From contig JBLDXI010000020.1 in NCBI GenBank assembly GCA_047495785.1, positions 248,001 to 312,000 on the forward strand: a DNA stretch of 64,000 nucleotides, in the 5' to 3' direction. The translations under genes and the position numbers were made by a program. Shown one piece after another: positions 1 to 11,460 of this stretch. How positions within the stretch are numbered: the first letter of the stretch is position 1; each line of letters starts with the position of its first letter. Source of the DNA: Lepidodermella squamata (Eukaryota; Animalia; Gastrotricha). Below the pieces are notes generated by a model. The model saw nothing but the letters and a program-made list of their open reading frames with translations. It ran no database searches and had not been told where the DNA came from.

Positions 1-52
1 TAGAATTGAGCAGTCCGTGGAAATTCGCAACAAGAGAGCTGGTTAACTGAGT

Positions 53-1201
53 TTAGAGTTCCTCGTGGTACCTGAGCGCCTCGCCAAAGTCTAAAGCTTG
101 GCTGCCAACGAAAACGTCGTGCTTATCAAGCATTTCCTTTAGCGTCAACGTTCCGTCCTTGTCGCCGTCAGCCTCGTGAATGAGATGACGCGATTCGGCT
201 GCTGCGTGATCGTAATCAGAAGGCAATAGCCATTTTCTTAGCTCGTCCTTATCCATGTAGCCATCACCATTTGCATCTCGGTGACGTGCGAATGCCTCGC
301 GCTCAGACTGTACCCAATCTGGTTCAGCTGCGTTAGGGTCGCGCTCGCGATCAGGCCACATGTCACCGATGTATTCATCGAGAGAGACTTGTCCGTCTTT
401 GTCTTTATCAATATCCTCCAGAGTTTCAATAACAACGATGTCGTGCATGCGGTTAAACTCTTCCGGATGCAGGAAAGCTTCAAATTCATCGCGTGACAGA
501 ACACCGTCACCATCTTTATCGGCAGTATTCCAACGACGTTTATCACGCTTGAGCATGGCATTGTAATCGAACCCATCTTTTGGCAAAGTGTCTTCAGCTA
601 CAACATTGATAAATCAATATACAACGACTAAAATTTGCAAAATCCTTACATTCGTATCCGTATGTCTTTTTCATGAAAGTGACAAAGTCTAGATTGCCAC
701 CTTCCTTGAGGCCGTATTCTTTCCATTGCCGATCAGTATCGGTTTTGATATATCTGTGCTGAATCCTGTATTTATGACAAACAATGAGCTGAATGAATCA
801 ACAAGTGGTATCAAGTGCTCACTTCGAGATCCAATCCTTCAATTCTTCATCAGTGACCACACCATCTTTATTGGCATCGATTTTATCGAAAATTTTGCTG
901 AAAGCATACAATGAATACTTGAACAAATATTCTGGTAAGTCAACTAACCCCAGTTCCGCTCGGCTTTCCTCCGGTGACAGATCTTCCAACCGACGAGCTT
1001 CTTCTTGTCCGACAAAGGCGTTATGGTCGTAATCAGGATTATGCTCGCCATCTTTGAAATGCTGTCCACCGCCCAATCCCTGCTGGAACTAAATACTTGA
1101 TAATTGATAACACAATTTGTGCATTTATCTACCTCATCGTGACTTGCATTCGCAACCACGCACACCAGTAAGACAGTTAAACAAGCACGAACCAGCGCCA
1201 T
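53..1201 (-). CDS. CALU: CREC-family ER-luminal multi-EF-hand Ca2+-binding protein (calumenin/reticulocalbin), 5 exons
   Basis: Signal peptide [19 protein letters not shown]; CREC motif [16 protein letters not shown]; EF-hand loops [60 protein letters not shown]; C-terminal HEEL ER-retention signal. Four ~50-nt GT-AG introns join the ORF fragments. CALU versus RCN orthology is not resolved. Confidence 0.93.
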
Positions 1202-2107
1202 CAAAATGTTATAAATCCTATTTTTCGGTTATAGAAAATCAAAATGTATTAAGGTTGGCAAATAGCATCTTAGGCGCGCCGTCACATCAGCAACGTGAGC
1301 TTAAGGCTTTCATGTTAATAGGTTTCATCGTCGAAAAGTTTCAAGCGGTAGCGGACCCTCCTGGCAAACGTTGATCAGGATATCGCCGGCCGAAAAAATC
1401 AGATCTCTACTACAAATTTAAAATTTAGGGTATTTTAAAGCTATTTCAGCACACAGCACAAGAATACGCACGAATATCTTTAGAATCAATAGAATTGACG
1501 GTGTCGGGTCGGGGCCCACTGGCCAGATGGAGAATATCCCCAATACGTTGAATAAAAATCCTTACACTTCACACTTCCTAATTCTGGGTTAGTGCGTATA
1601 GAGTGTCCATGCTCCATGCCGTGACTCCTGCTGATTTGCTAGCTACTAGGGACTAGAGCAAATAGCGATTACCATGGCATTACGCACGCTAAGGTGCGCT
1701 ACTTAGCTACCTAGCGATCAGAAGCGGGAAACAGAAAGTTGCATCACATCAGTCAAAAACCTTGAGGTAAAAAGCTTCCAAGAGCAATGTCACTCGACAG
1801 TCGATGAACGATTGTCCCTTAAGGATAGAGCTGCTTATGGTCAACGCTCGACGCATCTCCTATCTCCTACGAAAATATGAAAGAAAAAGATGAGATTTTG
1901 CCCAAGAAAAAGGCTGTCCCAAAAAACTGCGATTGTCACTGCGATGAAGGTCAAGAAAACAAATATCTAAAACTATCTAACTTTAGTTGATCAATTATTT
2001 CTTAAAAATAATTACTATAAAGAGCTCTAAATTTGCCGCGGCTAAAAGTACGCCAAAAAGTTTGAGATGTCTTCGGGAATGTCATGCTTCCGTGATGCTG
2101 TTGGGCG

Positions 2108-2650
2108 ATGGCTCAGATTTATGCCGATAACCTCACCATCAGTGCCACCGGCATCAACTTCCAGACCGCCCAAGAAGCAGCTCAATCTGAAATAAACCGA
2201 ATTACCGCCTGGGCCCTCGATTGTCGCCGGAAATTCAGTGCAAGCCATTGGGCCCGGTTCACACCACAAACCAAACTCGACCTATCAATCAACAGAACCG
2301 TGGTTCCCTAGGTCACCGTCATCCGCGTTCTGGGAATCCAGTTTGATCCGCGACTAACATGACAGACTCACATCAATAAAGGCTTGCGCCGTTGCTCTCG
2401 GAACATACCTTTCTTCCACCGACAAGCCTTGACCCCAGGCTTCTCCTTGCACTGGGTCAGGACGGCGTAATTCCCCCTGATTCGTACCACAATTACAAAT
2501 GGCAACGCCGTTCTCAGCAGTATGTCACAGTGACAACTGAGGAAACACCTCGCCTTGCTCCAAAACGATAGTCTGCGAGCTAACCTTCAGGCACGCCGCA
2601 TTGACAATGGCAATGACGCTCGCGCATCGTCTCCACGTCGTACCTGTTCA
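2108..2650 (+). mobile_element. Degenerate non-LTR retrotransposon (LINE) reverse transcriptase fragment
   Basis: Translation QIYADNLTI (decayed YADD catalytic motif), EINRITAWA, then past a stop VIRVLGIQFDPRLT*QTHI, the typical LG.xD..L.W..HI thumb motif of LINE ORF2. Several in-frame stops. Confidence 0.85.
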
Positions 2651-3425
2651 GCGCTTCTTCAAAAAATGTCAAAACCGCTATGCGGCCAATGCCGTTACTA
2701 GTACCATCCTTCCTATCTGAGGGGACATCGAAGACATTCGCAACGATCCTGACCCACCAGCTCGGTTCAAGACTTGGTATCGCGGTCCTGAATAGCAGAC
2801 TTCAAAGGTGGCACCATGTGCATACCATTTGCGAAGTTACCATGGAACGCTCCGAACAGAGGCGGCGTTAGGTTAATACGAAACATATAATGCTGAGCTT
2901 GCTATCAGGGCTTGGAATTTCAATTTCAAATAGCGTCGTGTTGATGGATAGCTACCTCTGAAATATCTGATGAACTATTTAGCAATTCATTTACAAGAAA
3001 ATGGCAGTCAAGTCTTGGCATTTTATTGTCCAACTCGAGGTATATTTATTTTAATATAAAGCGCTGCTAAAATCAAATAACTAGACGGACAGAATGTAGC
3101 TAGATTTCCATTGAAATCCACTGTGCTGCTACGAGCGTCAACTTCCAATATAAGAGGAGAGGATCGCTTTGAAACAATAGTTTTTGGCGGAGTCATTGAT
3201 TCACAAGCCAAGAAACTTCCGAGAGTGGATGTGAGATTTGTGAAAACGAACTTCAGCAATAATATGTATTAAATACGCACCAGCCGTCCTGATTTTGGAA
3301 ACTCGGAAGTAAATATTCTTTTCTTAGCCTGTGTCTCAATCAAAAAACACCATTCGTTTCAAGTAACACCCCACCAAGCGATGAAAATATTTGTTAGAAC
3401 ATCCAAAATATTGTTTGATTAGCGG

Positions 3426-5129
3426 CTACCAGTTTGCCAGAAGATGACCTTTCCTAGATGTACCCGGCCGCCGCCGTCCAGCATCTTTTTCTAAACCTTT
3501 GTTTTTTGATGGCCGCTGGTGAGTGGCTTGTTGACGACGTGAATTCTTACTGTCTCCTGTTGCTTTCAAATTTCCTGTCGCATTCGAACACAGCGCATCG
3601 AGTGGCTGCTTTTTGAGCTTTTGAGTAAATCGCTTAAGGCTTTTGTCGACGTTATGCCCGAGTTGAACGTAGCCTGTCATTTGAAACCGACTGAGAAAAA
3701 CGAAATGTTGATCATAGAAAGACGAAGAATAAATCAGAAGTCTTACATTTGCTCTTGTCCTCCACGAACTTTGTGACGCTCTGCGTTAGCAAAAATCAGA
3801 ACAGTACCACCGCTTTTTTCAGTTTTCCGATCAGTAACTGGCGAGCAAGAGCAATCAAGGGAGGCATTTACGAATACCTGCCGCACGGAACCTTTCTCTA
3901 ATAGTGTCCTGAGGTTGAGCAGCTGAACGTTTCTGGGTAATTTAAGAGGTGATTGCTCCGCAATAACTCGAATTCTTCTAGCGGCAACGCTCAATTCATA
4001 CGACGACTCGCCGATGCTCTTCTTTGACATCTTCGTTATTCTCGTTCGAAATGCTATTCGAAGAACAGAAGAGCACAAATGAACATGCTGAACATAGGTA
4101 ATTAATGTAAAAACACACTGATGTGAGAAGAGCATGCTTTTTGCATGACGTCGTCAACAGTAGTGAGAGGTGAGCAAGCTGAGCAAATCGTAGATGTCTT
4201 CGGTGGCTCCATTGATGGAACTATCGCTGGCTTAAATGTGGTCAGCTGACGCTCCATTGCTTGAGGAATGGCAACAGTTGCAGCCTCTGATCGCGACTGT
4301 CCAGATATCGCTAAAAATACGGAAACAGTGATGGGCCTTTCAAATATACAAAGTGGAATATCTTACTTTCCAGGCTTTCGGGGCCGATGCAAACTTGCTC
4401 ATCATCAGCCGGAAACCTATCACATGATAAAACATCGGGCCAGGTGAAGCCGTAGCGATGATGCAGAGGTCGCTCACAGGTTCTCTGAACGCTTTGACAA
4501 ATGTTTCTACACGGTGGAACAGGTTCCTAGCATCAAAACAAATATTGAATGTGAATTGAATGTTTTTTTGAAAATTTAGCAAAATTACGGCTTTGTTTTC
4601 TACGCACACCGGAGCGAGAACGGAACAGAGGAATAGTCGCGAATGTGCATCACTATAAAAGGAAGTAAACAGCTGAGGAAAAGCTATTTTTCGAGGATGA
4701 AATCAAACAAACTTGCAACGCGCCTCAGCCAGGCGTTTGTGCCAAACTTCTGCCTCGGCGATAATGTCGTTGACATTCCACTGCTCGAGGAGATTGGGTA
4801 TGCGCTTTGAACGGAAATGGCTCATTTTAATCGGTTTATTACCACGTTTTCTAGCATACCATTCGCTCGTAGCCCATTGTTCCGCATAGGGTTAAGTTCC
4901 TTGGGACGTTTAGGCATCGCGCTTGTTGAGGATTAGAATATGCGAGACGTCGATCTGCTTTAAAATCAACAACAAATTGAATAAAAAAATGTAAAGCGGT
5001 CAAAATCGTTATCTCTGACTCACTCAACAAGCGCATCCAGTCGTCCTGCCACGCCTCCAACACGTAGCAGAAAGACGAGGATGTCAGGGTTGCAATCAAA
5101 TAGTGCAAAAATACAAGTATTCTCAGCAT
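3426..5129 (-). CDS. SFRP: Secreted frizzled-related protein (sFRP1/2/5-like): signal peptide, Frizzled CRD and netrin (NTR) domain, 8 exons
   Basis: Splicing GT-AG introns 5023-4958, 4859-4805, 4712-4653, 4588-4527, 4366-4311, 4118-4054 and 3746-3691 gives CLNVPRNLTLCGTMGYERMRIPNLLEQ...ARCNDAHSRLFLCSVLAPVC...PPCRNICQSVQRTCERPLHHRYGFTWPDVLSCDRFPADDEQVC (all 10 CRD cysteines). NTR-like CSAC...KACSSH...LDCSC...ALC follows. No transmembrane segments. Confidence 0.92.
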
Positions 5130-5698
5130 TTTACAACTCCTACAGCAGTAGTTAGCAATTATTCATCCTGGCAATAATGTTCTATATTGAGAATGCTTCT
5201 AGCAAAAATGGGCCATGTGTTTTTTAACATAGCGAAATTCGCAGCAATAGCCAAAACAGTATAGTGCGGTATTATACAGTGAAATTACTATCTCAAGTGA
5301 GATTTACTCGGTACCTATTTACGGAATTATTTGATGGCAAGAGTGGCTGTTTTAAGCTATTTATTGATGGTGCTGAGTTGGCTGCCGTTTTGGCATATCT
5401 TTTGATCTGCCGATGAAACTCGATGCATTATTAGAAAATCGCGGGCTTAATCTTTGTAAAACGATGTTTGCCACGTTACCTACTATGCGCCTTGTTTGGT
5501 CTGTGGCGCTCGCAGGCGTTGTGACAGCGCCTATACCACCTATATCGGATTCGCTGTTAGCGGACAAATAGTATTACTGTCGTCTATCACTTGTCTCCCG
5601 GGGCAGGTCACTATGTATGAATGAAACAGCGTCAACAAACTGGGGCTGGGTGCGGCTAGGCACGTACACATTTATTGTTTAATTACGCGAAGCGACTA

Positions 5699-6061
5699 TT
5701 ATTTGCCGCAGTAGCCCGCAGTAGTCTTGCAAGGTCTCGCGACGCAACTGTATCGAGACACTCGAAGAAGCGACCCAGGATGAACTGCGTAAACATGCCG
5801 ATAACTCAATCGCGCTCTCACTGCATAATAATTCGCGGCGAATCGTTAACAAATTAGCAACTCGTTACCTGGCTGCTTCGTATGACGCGGCTGTTCGTCT
5901 TCGGCGCTGAACGACTCGAGTGGGCGCCGATGGCTAGTGGCCGTCGTTTGGGCGCGTGGCATGCGCCATGAGAAATCGCTGGCGTCGATGAAATTAACAG
6001 CCCCGCAAACGCCGACGAAATACGCGTAGAACAGCGTTGTAGTTGCAACGTCGAGCAGCAT
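5699..6061 (-). CDS. Orphan small secreted protein / candidate peptide precursor (~104 aa, 2 exons)
   Basis: Hydrophobic N-terminus MLLDVATTTLFYAYFVGVCGA. A 48-nt intron 5868-5821 (G|GTAACG...ATGCAG) joins to VRARLSYRHVYAVHPGSLLRVSRYSCVARPCKTTAGYCGK, then TAA TAG. AATAAA lies ~25 nt downstream (5676-5671). Confidence 0.6.
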
Positions 6062-7371
6062 TTACAGAGACAGTGAGAAAAAAATTCGACACTGAATCAA
6101 CAAATTCAGATTTGTTTTCGGTGGTGGGGCGTGTTTGTATGGCGCAGACGTCCTAGGGTATAATCTCGCAGCAGGAATTCCTCCGCGTCGGAAATCGGAT
6201 TGCTGTTTGGCTTAGCTGGCACTTAATGTAATACTTCTGTTGCACCGCGTAGTTTTAGAGCTATGCGGGAGCTCGCATCTGGTTATAACTGTATCGAAGC
6301 AGTTCATGCAAAACAGGCACTGCACATCGCAAGTTCATTCATTTGCTGGTGTTGTGTTACATGGCTGTAACCTGCTGCTTGGTTTTATTAGTGAACACGC
6401 CTTATCAGTCATGTCATGCATATGGAGTATATATGCCCGGCAGCACATGCGGTTTTACTCGCTCGGCCTGAACCAATTAATTTCAATCAGCGTGTGTTTT
6501 TTACCGCCCAGACAAATGAACCGTTTCAAACGTATAAAAACGACGAACAGCGTAAAAAATGTAAATTTTTATTTTACAATGAAGGAAGTGTAAGACAGCA
6601 ACGAACGCATATTCCAGTGGTGAAGAGACGACATTTTGATTCTTTCTCATCAACACTCGGCGATGTTACAATATTCAAATCATTCGGAAGTGCGTAAATG
6701 ATTTTTTCAGTGCTGAGTAAATCAAATCACTTGGGATCTCTACGCTACCCGGAATAAACACCTCGGTTTATTATATTACGAAGAATGCATCAGAAAATAT
6801 TAAATGAAGCACCAACGCCAGTTTTCTTGCTTAAGGGTATGCAGTGTTCATGATTAACTTTATATAAAAGGTAATATAATAACATCGGTTATATAGAAGT
6901 CGGTATTGATTCAGGGTAAGTATTGATTCATACAAAAATATACAAATACATTCACCGAAGAAGACAATGTAAAGCTCTTCCTGTAACACAGAAGACAAAC
7001 GTTGATAGACAGATGAACATGAAAAATTATAATAAGGAATAACCGTTGCGTAGTGGCTTTTCATGCCATTGATCAAGTGTTCTTAGGAGGAAGGTGAAAT
7101 TGAAGATAATACTTGCAATACATATTTTAGCCATATTGAACGCAAAATAGAGATACTTCGTTTGAAAAAATAAACACAAAAAATTATCACAACTAACAAT
7201 GTCTCTCTATAATCAATAATCCACAACATTTTCTGCAAAAATATTAATACTTAAGTATTAATAATGGTTCATACTAATGGTTAAACTAATGCGCAGTTAA
7301 TTGATTTGGCAAAACTTCGGTAAATATTATGATTGTCCACATGTGATGCTTCGAGATCAATCTCAAGTAAG

Positions 7372-8338
7372 TCATTTGCTTTCTTCTTTCAGCGTATACT
7401 TATAGCGTACGGAACAATGAAGGAACTCGTCGACTTGAGAATCAACAACCGATAGGGCGATACCTGCGTTGCATTATAGGTAATGTAATTTTTTTATAGG
7501 CTCATAAGGGGCAACAACTTACCAAGCTGACCAGCATAATAGAAAAGCATGACGAAAACATGCGTCCACACAGTTCCCTTGTCCATTACAAACATTTCTA
7601 CTGCAAGAAGGCAATCGCTCATTCCAAAAAGAATGGCACCGGCGCATGAACAGAGCTTAGTCCACGTCCATAAGTCGTCGAACAATTGCAATCTAGAGAT
7701 CGACCTCCAAATCATCACGCTCTAAAAAATGTACGCTGTAAAATTTAGAGCGAATGAAACACGAGCAGCAAACCAGGATTAGTCCGTAAATTCCGGCAAC
7801 AACGGTTACAGGAAGTTCTAGATTGGCTGATACGTAGGTGATAACAGCACTGTACAAAGCCATAATTATAGCTGCAAGATTTTCAATCATCTTAGAAATC
7901 AATTTAATAAATAATTATAATACCGAGCGCTGGCCAATTAAACGGCTTGAGTCCGAATGCAATCGCATAAAAACAGTGCGCGATAGCAAAGCAGATCACC
8001 GCGATGACGAAGTAAACGAAAGCAAACGATTGGAAGACCATAAATATATCGCCAACACACGAAAAAACCAAACCAGCCAAAACACGGCGAGAATACATGT
8101 AATACTGATTCGTTAGACCCGTTCCATTCATCAACACGAAAGCCATCAATGAAATCATTGGAGCCGCTTTGATCACAGCGTAGAAAAACGTTGGTGAGGA
8201 AGACTCTCCGTACAAAATGAAGAAAACTGCTATGCTCTTGAAAAACGGAACCAACCGAGGACCAACACTCTTTATCATTGTTTTAATTGGTATTTTGAAG
8301 CACTCGATGCCATTAGGAGACGCAGGCTCAGTTTCCAT
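7372..8338 (-). CDS. TMEM86: Lysoplasmalogenase, YhhN family (TMEM86A-like), 4 exons
   Basis: IKSVGPRLVPFFKS, IKAAPMISL, GLVFSCVGDIFM, FAIAHCFY, GAILFGMSDCLLA, YYAGQLGIALSVVD. Three short GT-AG introns; stop TGA at 7374-7372. Confidence 0.93.
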
Positions 8339-8846
8339 TTTAAATCCTTAATTAATAAACTAAATTGAACAAAACAGAGAATAATGCTCCACACAAGTTC
8401 CAAAATAGCAATTTGACCTAAAATATCTTCCTTTAGTCAGATAGTGATTCAAAACCTAGCTTCCGATGATAAACGGCATTGTCGGTCGGCGGTGTGGCAG
8501 CAGCTGCGAATTTGGTTATCGCGCTTAATGGTCAGCCGGCGTGGTCCCCGCCACAACTCAAGTCACGACTTTGGCAGTATGCCCACCTACGTACTACGAC
8601 ACGAACAATTGTGTAGTGCAATGAATAGAAGACGAAGACCACACCGCCAGCCAACGCAACGTGAGTGCAAAGTGCAACAAAAACGCAAGTACAAACACTG
8701 AGAATACAAAAAACACAGCTCTTTTTTCATCAGTTTCACATTTTTGTGCGACGAAGCTCTAATTAGCGCAAAATTGTCACCTCTATTTCATGAAACTTTC
8801 AAAATAAAAGAATAAAATTAATTTTATTTGTATTTTATTTTTTAAA

Positions 8847-8877
8847 TTTACTTAGCAACACATGCTTGGACGGCAAC
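8847..8877 (+). promoter_or_regulatory. Candidate RFX X-box-like sites upstream of the ciliary gene RSPH14
   Basis: TTTACTTAGCAAC (8847-8859) and GACGGCAAC (8869-8877) both end in the RGCAAC X-box half-site, 90-120 nt upstream of the RSPH14 ATG. The matches are imperfect. Confidence 0.35.
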
Positions 8878-8968
8878 AGAACGACACTGTCAAATCTCTC
8901 AATGTCTTAGACCAAGAAAGGCTTCACGTCAACCTCCTGCTAATATTGCTGTGGTGTATTACTTCTAA

Positions 8969-10781
8969 ATGGCTAGCTGTGTAATTTCCGACAAATATCC
9001 TCCATTGATTGACCCAACGCGGACTCCGTTGGCATATGGTAACAGAGCGATTCCCAGACTTGTGAGTGATAACGTGAAATGTATACGATCTTAATTTTGC
9101 ACTGATTAAACAGGACCGAGAATTGCGTGATGAGCATTTATTGACGCGCCAGCGCGCTGTTCGCTCTCTATGCGATTATCTCAAGGATCCAGAGCATGTC
9201 GCGGAGGCTGCACGTTTGGGTAATTCATCACCCAATGTTTCCATCGTGAATGGTGTTATATAAATTCACGGTTTTAGGAATCACCGAAACTTTACAGTTA
9301 CTGCTGAAGGATAGCGATGTGACAGTACGTAGCAAGGCAACTGAAGCTCTTTGCACTATTGGAAGTAATTAATTCCGTTAATTAATAAATGCATTGTTAT
9401 ATTTCTAATTATCAAGGCTGTTCGGTGGGAAGGCAGGCATGGGCAGACTCCTCTGTAGTCAAGGTAAATTCGTTGACTATTTGTTGGTTCAATCTCATGT
9501 AGGAAGAAAGTTGCTTACATAAAGCGGGCTGAAATAGAGCCACGCCCGGTTTATAGCAATTCTCAACGACTACCGGACGAGCCAAAGCCTCCGGTTTACA
9601 GATATTGCAGCATGGATGACTTCGGTTTAAGCAAATTCCACTGTATGTAATTTATACAGGAAATGGTCCGACTGATTAGTAGTGTGTAGTTGGCTGCAGT
9701 TTGCCAAAAGACTCGATAACAAAAGTGAACAAAAAAATACGTGTGGGTGATTATACTATGAGATTCATGTTTTGCATCCCTACGCATGCCAATAATTCTG
9801 GTTTTACTGTAACTTGCAGTCAGTCGCCGATTTGTGGGACGATTCTGAGCCGATCGTCAGGAAAAATGCTCATCAAGCTGTGGAACTATACTGCGAAGGC
9901 GTCGATGGCAAGTATTTATGGAGGCTATTTAAATACAATTGACACTTATTTTCTATCAGGAGCAACAGACGTTGTCGAGTCCCATCTAATCAGCGCATTG
10001 ATCGAAAAATTGAAAATCGAGCTTGACGAGATTAAAGTAAAAGTGACACGTGCCTTCCTCTAGCCAGACTTACATCATCAATATCTATTCAGGTTTTCAT
10101 TTTGGATTCATTGCACTTCTGCATGAGGTTAAAGCCCGAGCAAGCGCTTGAGTACGGAGGCCTTCCAGCGTTTGCCACGCTCCTTTCTCACGCAAATGTT
10201 GTAATCGTTGCGAAAGCCGCAAGGAACATAATGGATATATGGTGATAGTTTTAGTTGAAATTATACATAAATTTTCATTTTGTCAATTCTAAAGCTCTCC
10301 ATTGGCTGGGAAAGAAGAAGCAATTAAACTTGAAATAATGCAGAAACTTGTAACGCTGATTATCGAATCCGAGGAGAGTGAAATTCGCGGCTTTTGTGCT
10401 GGCGCTATTGCTATGTATGCCTTAATCTCGATACATATCAACAAAATATAGATTATTTACAATTCAGGATTGCAATCACCACCAAAGGCAAGTACACTGC
10501 TCTACGATGCTCGGCTCTAGATCCTCTCGTTGAGCTCGTTTCGGACAATTCATCGGAAGCGAGAGCTTTAGCATTGAAAGCTATAACATGTATCTCCGAG
10601 GCGCCTGAGGGAAGAGCATACTTACAACAGCACGTCGATCGAGTGAGTTTGTCGCAGCTATTTTGGCATATAATTATCCTTTTTTCTTATTTCATAGATT
10701 CGCCAGCGAATAACAGATCCGATTCCGAACGTCAGCAAAGCAGCGCAAATTTGCGTCAACGTTATTACTTGGAAGCCATGA
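8969..10781 (+). CDS. RSPH14: Radial spoke head 14 homolog (RTDR1), armadillo-repeat axonemal protein, 10 exons
   Basis: PPLIDPTRTPLAYGNRAIPRL, LLTRQRAVRSLCDYLKDPE, LLKDSDVTVRSKATEAL, FILDSLHFC, ITTKGKYTAL, ISEAPEGRAYL, C-terminal VITWKP*. Introns 9062-9113, 9220-9277, 9365-9416, 9464-9819, 9908-9959 (GC-AG), 10037-10092, 10242-10294, 10415-10467, 10643-10697. Confidence 0.93.
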
Positions 10782-11013
10782 AGTGGTGTATTATAACACT
10801 CCGTAATGATTGCTGTAGCTACGTACTTCTGTATTTACCAATTTCAAAGTAAAATATGAAACAGATATCGGCATAATTTAAGGTTTTTATTCACCCCGAA
10901 TACAAGCGTCTTAGATTTCTTTGAATATATGGTATATCTCTGACGAGAATGATAATTATGACAATATTGCAGTCTCCCAATCACTTCAGCTCATACAAAT
11001 CACAAGTAAAATA

Positions 11014-11451
11014 CCGTAAACTACAGTATAAAGGCCGCGGCGACTAATTTTCCTGATTTTTGAAAAAGAGGCAAAAAGTGCGGCGATTATTTGAGTGCGG
11101 CGATTATTCGAGTGCGGTCTTTATTTCCCTCAATTTTTCAAAACTTGAGTTGTAGCAGGCGTAACAGGTGTAACAAGGGGCTTGCGCCGCCAATTCACGC
11201 GCGGCTATTCGGATAATCCGCCTCCTCGACGTCACCTAGTGAGTATAAAGTAGGTCGGCGTAGCGGTAGGAGTCGCAGTGGGGGTGCCATCTGGCGATTT
11301 GCCTAGGTGGCTGTTGATCACGTGCCTAGGTGCGGCGATTATTCGCGCGCGGCCTTTATTTATGCTGAATTGATGAAAATAGGGCTATTTTGCGGCGATT
11401 ATTCGGGTGCGGTCTTTATTCAGGATGCGGCCTTTATACTGTAGTTTACGG
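11014..11451. mobile_element. MITE, Tc1/mariner superfamily (Tc2/pogo-like CCGTA termini), TA target-site duplication
   Basis: Perfect 25-bp TIRs CCGTAAACTACAGTATAAAGGCCGC / GCGGCCTTTATACTGTAGTTTACGG flanked by TA (11012-13, 11452-53). Internal subterminal repeats TGCGGCGATTATTCG...GCGGTCTTTATT occur near both ends. No ORF. Confidence 0.92.
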
Positions 11452-11460
11452 TACATGCAG

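Noticed and set aside
3023-3270. Short ORFs on both strands downstream of sFRP
   Set aside because: No recognisable motif or convincing start/splice context.
9530-9645. Transposon end (TTCCACTGTA) in the long RSPH14 intron
   Set aside because: Only one TIR-like end is visible, with no partner or TSD; too weak to call.
11070-11430. CRISPR-like repeat array (TGCGGCGATTATT...)
   Set aside because: Eukaryotic context, irregular spacing, no unique spacers or cas genes; these are MITE subterminal repeats.
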